Assembly (NCBI GenBank): GCA_964019335.1
Contig: OZ025736.1
Span: 1-64,000, forward strand
Source: Diplonema japonicum
Lineage: Eukaryota > Protista > Euglenozoa: Diplonemea
Direction of reading: 5' to 3'
Length of the DNA stretch: 64,000 bases
The translations under genes and the position numbers were made by a program. Numbering within the stretch: the stretch's first letter is position 1; every line of letters starts with the position of its first letter. This document shows, piece by piece, positions 58,247-64,000 of the stretch. The notes beneath the pieces were generated by a model, which was given only the letters and a program-made list of their open reading frames with translations, ran no database searches and was not told the origin of the DNA.

Positions 58247-58641
58247 GGATTTACAATCCGCAACCACACTTAACTTTACCAGTAGATAGGGCGGTACTTT
58301 TAACCGCCGTTTTCTTGACCTGCGTTACGATAGTTATATTTACGTACGAGTGTGGGGAAAAATACTATTTTTTCTCCCTTTCTTTTATTTAATACAGCTA
58401 ATAAAAAATAAGAATGAAATTCCGGTGGGGGGGTGAGTGCGGGAGCTTTTTTTTTTTTTTTTTTTTTTTTGGAGAAAGATGGCAGTGTTTGGCCTGGATT
58501 CACTACCTGTTTCATACCTGCAATGCTATCCCAGTAAACAGGGAGGGTGAACTGGTAAGGGTAACCCAGTTTTGATTTGAGAAAAAAAAACAAAAAAAGT
58601 TGTCACTTGTTTTGGTGTTGAGGGGAAGGAAAGTATTATAA

Positions 58642-59832
58642 CCCCTAAACGCCCGCGCGGACGTTTTTGTCCTTATTTCAAAATTTGCTTTTTCGCTAAG
58701 TACTTTTTTTTGAACACGGCCCCTGGACTTCAAAATATGGCATTGTTGCGCGGTTTATTTTGTCTCGGAACTACATTTTGCGTTAAAAAGAAAAAAAAAA
58801 AAAAAAAAAAAAGAGACATTTAAAAGTTTTGTTTTAATTGAAACCGGCAGGGTTGGCTTAAAATGAAATCAGATGGTCAAAATAGCAGCGAAAACGTGAG
58901 TCCCCCCCGACTGGTCAGATAAAGAAGAAAAAGACGATGAGGCGGTCAAAGAGGGGCCGGAAACGATGCTTGGGTGGGAGAAATACTCCCAAAGGCCCGA
59001 AACATATCATTTCCGTGAAAAGGTGGGCTCAGGACACCTCTAGGTGGAGGGGCCTATGAGGAGGGTGTTTTTAATCTTTTTTTTTTTACACACGCGGTCC
59101 TTGAGCTCATAGTTTCTTCCACGAACGGTCGTTTCGGTTCAAAAAAACAGCGGAATCTGAATCTTTCCATCCCAGAGTACAAAATTTGGCTTGGGTTGGT
59201 CCTGTTAATGGGGTTACGCTCGGCACCGAATACGAAGAGCTACTGGACAACAAATTCTAATTTAACCATCCCGGCTTTTGAGAAAATGAGGAAACCGATT
59301 CGTTGACACACAGCGCCGACCTTTGACAACCTGGAAACATCAGTAAGGCCTGAAACTGCACCTCATGCGTAGGCCTGGGTGCGGGAAGAAGGTGCAAACG
59401 TGGTGCCCCTGTTGCAAAACCCGCTTATGCAAAACGTGTTTTTTACCCTTGCATGCTACCCCAGCTGGAAAAAAAACTCGCAAGTTGCTTTTTTCATCCC
59501 ACAGCCCCAAAAAGTCTCCAGACTGACCTCAATCCTAGAGTTCAGGGCACCAAATAGGGCTGAATGCTGCCCTATTTAGCCCAGCCATAACTCCACGGAC
59601 CCCTCACGACAAGACCCCCCAAAATCGGACATAAAAAGTACCCCCTCAACCCCCCTCTTACACACATAGTTAAGTGTTCTCATCTGAATCTGGCACCTGG
59701 AATTGAAAATTTTAGTACCGTTTACCCTTTCCTTGCACCTTCCTATGGTTGCATGCTGCCCTTTTTTTTTGAGTATTCAAAGCAACAACGAAAATGGGGG
59801 GGTACCGTAGATAGGCTCTGGGCGTTTAGGGG
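58642..59832 (+). mobile_element. Deletion derivative of the 49142-50925 piggyBac, inverted, ATAA target duplication
   Basis: Same TIRs, near-identical sequence, ~630-bp internal deletion (junction near 59373). ATAA at 58638-58641 and 59833-59836. Confidence 0.92.
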
Positions 59833-59904
59833 ATAAAAAAAAAAAAAAAACCCCCCGATTTTATGAGATTTTTTTTTTTGGTTGTGTACTAAAAGAAAGG
59901 AATA

Positions 59905-59940
<36 letters not shown>

Positions 59941-60018
59941 CATTGTACCAAAAGCAACTTCGTGTGTAAAAATGCGGCATTTGGGTTGAACTCACGATGC
60001 AAAAAAAAAAAAAAGAGT

Positions 60019-61431
60019 TCACCGTCTTTTAAAACCCAGAGCAGTTCGCCTCTTGTCCATCTTTTCAATGACGTGTTTCCCGTACGGAACGCATGTGACC
60101 TTCATCGTATTCTCCCCAATAGCACAGAGAATGACTTGAAGCTGCACCGGCGTGCAACTTTCCAGAATCTTTTGGACCACATAGTTCCCATAATTGTCCT
60201 TAACCATCGTCATCAAAGGTGGGTAGTCCCCCGTGACATATTCTTGTAAAATCGCATCACGCTCCTTTCTGTAGACATTCCACATAACTTCTACAACATT
60301 CGACGCATATTTGTGTACTGATAAGTACCAAAGGTGCCCTTTCGTGCTTTTTAAAATCACTTTTTTCGCGTGGTTATCACCATGCGTCACCAAATGCTGA
60401 GTCACGTAATTGCCGTACTGGTCCATTGAGAGTGGGATGAAATTGGACAGAAGCTCCTCGATGATTTTGGGAATGTGTTTTGTATCCGCCATGCAGACAG
60501 GAGATTCTAACAGCCGTTGCAGAACCCTGCACCCGTACGCGTGAGTTGCGAACGAACAAACGTTTCCTGCAAAGGCCTTTAGAACAAAGCCGACTTTTTC
60601 CGGGATGTGTTCGATGCACTTTTGTATCACGTGGTTCCCGTTCTGATCCTGAACGCATTTTGCGACGGTACCTTGCTGGGACAGCTCCGATGCGACCATT
60701 TCTCCGTACTCCTCAGGGATGCCTATTAAGCTTTGTTGGATGATACGGCACCCAAATGGGTTCAACGTGAGATCGAGTATCCGCCCGCGGAGTACCTCGT
60801 ACAGTTCGTTTCTCATTTCCCGCGTCCCGTTTTGGAAAAGCATTTGAAGTACATAGTTTCCGTACATGTGGTGGAGGAGCTTGTCGGCGGCCTTGACGAC
60901 CTCTGCGAAGATCACGTCGATGCAGCCGTTTTGAAGTTTCTTCTGAACCAGCCTCGACCCGTCTTGGTCCATCGCAAGCTGCACAACATTCCCAACCAGA
61001 TCGGACTTGTTTATCGCAGCACTGTCAAACCCGTGAGATCGGAAGTGATCCAGCGGTGCTGGTGCCCTCACCGAACACTCTTCAGTTGACACCAATGGTG
61101 GTAACGGGAGTAAACAAGGTTCCTCCACAGTACGTTCAACCACTGGCAGTGGGACCCATTGGGGTCGGGTCCGTGGTCGAGGATGGTGCCGGGGTTGTGG
61201 GGGAGTAACATGCCGCGGTGCCTCTACCATCGCATTCGCCACCATCTGTTGATGCTGGGCCTGTAACACATGTGAATATGGCAGGCCCCGCACATCAGGG
61301 CTTTGATTCTGGTATTGGTTTTGATAATACTGAGCTGCCTCGCGGAGAGCGTCGAACTGCTGCACGGCAAACCTCAGCTGCGCCAAGGCCGTTGAAGCTG
61401 GGAGCGGGTGTTTGTTTTTGTCATGTGACAT
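60019..61431 (-). CDS. Pumilio/PUF RNA-binding protein, 8 repeats
   Basis: Repeats DQDGSRLVQ, HMYGNYVLQ, NPFGCRIIQ, DQNGNHVIQ, HAYGCRVLQ, DQYGNYVTQ, HKYASNVVE, DNYGNYVVQ; terminal YGKHV. Confidence 0.95.
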   Translation of the reverse strand: MSHDKNKHPLPASTALAQLRFAVQQFDALREAAQYYQNQYQNQSPDVRGLPYSHVLQAQHQQMVANAMVEAPRHVTPPQPRHHPRPRTRPQWVPLPVVERTVEEPCLLPLPPLVSTEECSVRAPAPLDHFRSHGFDSAAINKSDLVGNVVQLAMDQDGSRLVQKKLQNGCIDVIFAEVVKAADKLLHHMYGNYVLQMLFQNGTREMRNELYEVLRGRILDLTLNPFGCRIIQQSLIGIPEEYGEMVASELSQQGTVAKCVQDQNGNHVIQKCIEHIPEKVGFVLKAFAGNVCSFATHAYGCRVLQRLLESPVCMADTKHIPKIIEELLSNFIPLSMDQYGNYVTQHLVTHGDNHAKKVILKSTKGHLWYLSVHKYASNVVEVMWNVYRKERDAILQEYVTGDYPPLMTMVKDNYGNYVVQKILESCTPVQLQVILCAIGENTMKVTCVPYGKHVIEKMDKRRTALGFKRR

Positions 61432-61508
61432 ATACCCTCCCTCCTCCCAACTGTCATGACTGACTAAAAAGAAAATGGCCAAAAAAAAAACTTTTTTCTT
61501 TTCCTTTC

Positions 61509-62327
61509 TCAAAACCGGTGCTTGAAGTCTGCGAAGGCAGGACTCTTTACGGTGGTAGGTCCTCTTCCGAAACTTGACACCACCAAGCGATGGAAATCCT
61601 GTGGGGTGAAGTTCTTTCGGACCTGCATGGACAGAAGGTCCTTGTAGATGGGCCCCGGCACGCTTGCAACGCCCTTGTGTAGATTGTCCACTTTTTCATT
61701 GAGGGCCGCTACGGTCAACGGGGATGCCCGTGACCGTGACCGTGACCGTGACCGTACGGTTTTGGGAGGATTGGAAGGGTGGTTTTCGTGAAGGCGGTCG
61801 GTTGCTGCTTTTATGACAGTGTGCGGTAAGACTGTGGTCTTTGGAGTGGGTTCATGAGTGACACGCTTCGACTTGGCTCGTTTTGCTGCGACGGCCGAGT
61901 CGTGCAGACGGCTCGTCATGACTGCAACATCCTGCTTTGTGAGCTTCGTTTCCCATACGGCCTTCATAGGTTGGGGTAGTTCCCTTTGAGCAGCATGCTT
62001 CGAGATGCCGGCGTAGGCGTGGTACTTCATGACGTCAGGTGGTGGGACGGGGGGGGCTTCCCGTGCTGGCACCAGCTCGTTGGCGACGTCGAAGCCGCCG
62101 AACACGTCTCTGACCGCTGAGACAAGACGCCCGTCTTTCGTCTTGAGCCTGATCACCAAGCCCTTCACCTCGCCTCCGCAGCTTTGGCAGTACCTGCTGC
62201 ATTCGTTGCAGCACGCTCCGCATGACCTGCACTTCTTACTCTTTGCACTCCGGTCCGTATGTTCCCCGCATACCCCGCAATAGACCCACCAGGCTTTGTG
62301 TTCCGTTCCGCAGCTGTAACATTTCAT
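61509..62327 (-). CDS. Double zinc-ribbon protein
   Basis: MKCYSCG..YCGVCG..KCRSCG..YCQSCG; later RSRSRSRS tract encoded by (ccgtga)n. Confidence 0.7.
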   Translation of the reverse strand: MKCYSCGTEHKAWWVYCGVCGEHTDRSAKSKKCRSCGACCNECSRYCQSCGGEVKGLVIRLKTKDGRLVSAVRDVFGGFDVANELVPAREAPPVPPPDVMKYHAYAGISKHAAQRELPQPMKAVWETKLTKQDVAVMTSRLHDSAVAAKRAKSKRVTHEPTPKTTVLPHTVIKAATDRLHENHPSNPPKTVRSRSRSRSRASPLTVAALNEKVDNLHKGVASVPGPIYKDLLSMQVRKNFTPQDFHRLVVSSFGRGPTTVKSPAFADFKHRF

Positions 62328-62457
62328 GGCTGGGAGTATAGATAGATTACCCCACCCCACCCCACCCCCCCTTTTTTTCTTTTCTCTTTTCCCGTTATAA
62401 GAATCTTTAAAACTGTGGGGAGAATGGGGGGATGATATAAAGGGGGGGGGGGGGGGG

Positions 62458-63039
62458 GGGTCACATGGGTGGTAAAGTGGGTTTTTTCAAATTCGGAAAT
62501 GCAGTACACTGGAGCCGCTTAAACCATGTAAAACGCCCCTTTCTCGACCAAAAAAATCGATTTCCGCCCGGTACTTTTTACTTTTGGGCACCTACAAGGC
62601 ATTATTTTGCATTTTTAAAACTGGTGACCACGGTTTGGTACCTGGCCTGTTGTCTCCCCTGTAGTTTCTGAGTTTTCTGAAAATTTTAGAATTTGACCAT
62701 GGTTTGTTCCACCCTTTGAACGCGGCTCTTTAGGACGCCGCTACCGTTTGAACGGCAGAGTACTGTCTTACATTGTCCGATTGTGAACTTCTCTATATTT
62801 TGCGCGGCATTTCTGATGAATATCTATCATTTCCCCGAGGTTAGGATGGTAAGTTTGTTTTTGCAAATATTTTAGGTACCAAACCGTGGTCACTGTTTTT
62901 CAAAAATACAGATAAAGCATTAACAAGTGCCCAGAAATGCTCTAATCCGGCGAATTTTGATTTTTTGGTTAATTTGGAGGGTATTGGGCGGTTTTTTTTA
63001 CCTTAGGGGGAAAAAATTTAGGAAAGACACCGCGTCCCC
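62458..63039. mobile_element. Foldback/MITE-like element with long degenerate inverted arms
   Basis: Perfect 20-bp IR at 62624-62643 and 62874-62893, with imperfect similarity extending ~100 bp outward. No ORF; boundaries approximate. Confidence 0.6.
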
Positions 63040-63972
63040 TTAGTTCACGATGTATTTGTGAATGGACTCAACAACCTCCAGGTTCTCGCTTTGTTCGGGG
63101 TAGGCAAGGGGGACAGGGGTGACCCATTCCGTGCTCATCCCAAGCTCCTCCAGCGTGTTCTCGAGAGATGGTACGACAATGATGATGGTGTTGGGTTTGA
63201 GCGTGTCCTTGATGGTGGCCCACGCGCGGATTTGATCCTCTTTTGAGAGGAAGAATTCAAAAACATTGTTGAATATGGCGATGTTGGCGTTCTGGAGGAG
63301 GTGGAGCCCTTCTTTAAACGCGTCTCCTTCTACGATATCGATGGGGGAGGGGAGGGCTGCGGAGAAATTGCGGACGGTCTCGCGTTGAACATTGCAGAAG
63401 AATTTGCTCATTTCGACACCGGAGATCCGGGAAAACTGCTTTCCATAGTACAGGCTTGCATAGTAGAGTAGAATACCAGTGCGGGAACCTACATCTACGA
63501 AATTCTTCCCACAAACCTCTTCGCGGGTCAGAACTTTTTCAAAGATAAATTCCATCGCGTCTATCGGAAGAGAATGCGAGTGAAGCAGCAGTTCATCGAC
63601 ATCACGCGAGCCGCATTGCTTGCAGAAGTTTGTCGAGATTTTTCCGGCTTTCACCAAATCTTCAACATCATCTTCGTCGTACAAAAACAAGTCCAGGTGC
63701 ATGGAGTTCTCGTCTGTTGAGGTTTTGAACGCACCGCCTTCAGGAAGGTTCACCTTCTCATCCCCCGCCTCCCCGGACAACGGTACCAGATCCTTCACAA
63801 AGGCTTTGATGTCCATGACCACCGCCTCCCGCTCTGCTGCGTCCTCGTCGATTTCCTCAACCAGATGGCCCACCAACTCCCTCAGCCTTTTCCTGTCAAG
63901 CCCCTCAGGCACTCCATTGATAATCCCTTCAATTCGCATAAAGGCCTCTGCCACATGTGGGGGTGCGTCCAT
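63040..63972 (-). CDS. Class I SAM-dependent methyltransferase with CxxC motif
   Basis: Motif I FVDVGSRTG, ISGVEMS, IVEGDA, IAIFNNVF; CKQCGS upstream. Confidence 0.8.
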   Translation of the reverse strand: MDAPPHVAEAFMRIEGIINGVPEGLDRKRLRELVGHLVEEIDEDAAEREAVVMDIKAFVKDLVPLSGEAGDEKVNLPEGGAFKTSTDENSMHLDLFLYDEDDVEDLVKAGKISTNFCKQCGSRDVDELLLHSHSLPIDAMEFIFEKVLTREEVCGKNFVDVGSRTGILLYYASLYYGKQFSRISGVEMSKFFCNVQRETVRNFSAALPSPIDIVEGDAFKEGLHLLQNANIAIFNNVFEFFLSKEDQIRAWATIKDTLKPNTIIIVVPSLENTLEELGMSTEWVTPVPLAYPEQSENLEVVESIHKYIVN

Positions 63973-64000
63973 AATTCCCCGGAGTCCCTCCTTTATAAAT

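Noticed and set aside
1-64000. tRNA, rRNA, spliced-leader RNA genes, or an alternative genetic code
   Set aside because: No recognisable signatures by eye; long ORFs translate cleanly in the standard code with all three stops used.

Overview
Eukaryotic (protist) genomic DNA, most consistent with a euglenozoan such as a diplonemid. This is an inference from three things: about 24 protein genes all on the minus strand, an LRR/multi-C2-like pseudo-calpain, and short GT-AG cis-introns in extremely homopolymer-rich spacers. Recognisable genes: SAM-domain protein (partial), U2B''/U1A snRNP protein (4 exons), calpain-like protein, two giant coiled-coil proteins, PKD2/TRPP channel, proteinase K-like subtilisin, ART/PARP-like protein, Kv-like K+ channel, vWA-like/F-box/UBA protein, dead metallophosphoesterase, secreted LRR protein, GT15-like protein, PH-like protein, SAP protein, LIM-like Zn-finger protein, Pumilio and a class I methyltransferase. 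Mobile DNA: three piggyBac remnants, a Sola-like remnant, two MITEs, a LINE 3' fragment with two stand-alone 3' stem-loop copies, and a ~310-bp dispersed repeat. Most unusual: (i) a cassette at 35.7-38.1 kb with two unrelated HNH/His-Me-finger-like ORFs and a decayed paralogue, each preceded by the same private 21-bp motif; (ii) introns made almost entirely of A, plus stopless in-frame introns; (iii) a recurrent (A)nGAGACATT micro-insertion with a TAAAA duplication; (iv) a covarying LINE 3' hairpin. All calls come from manual reading; no database searches were run.
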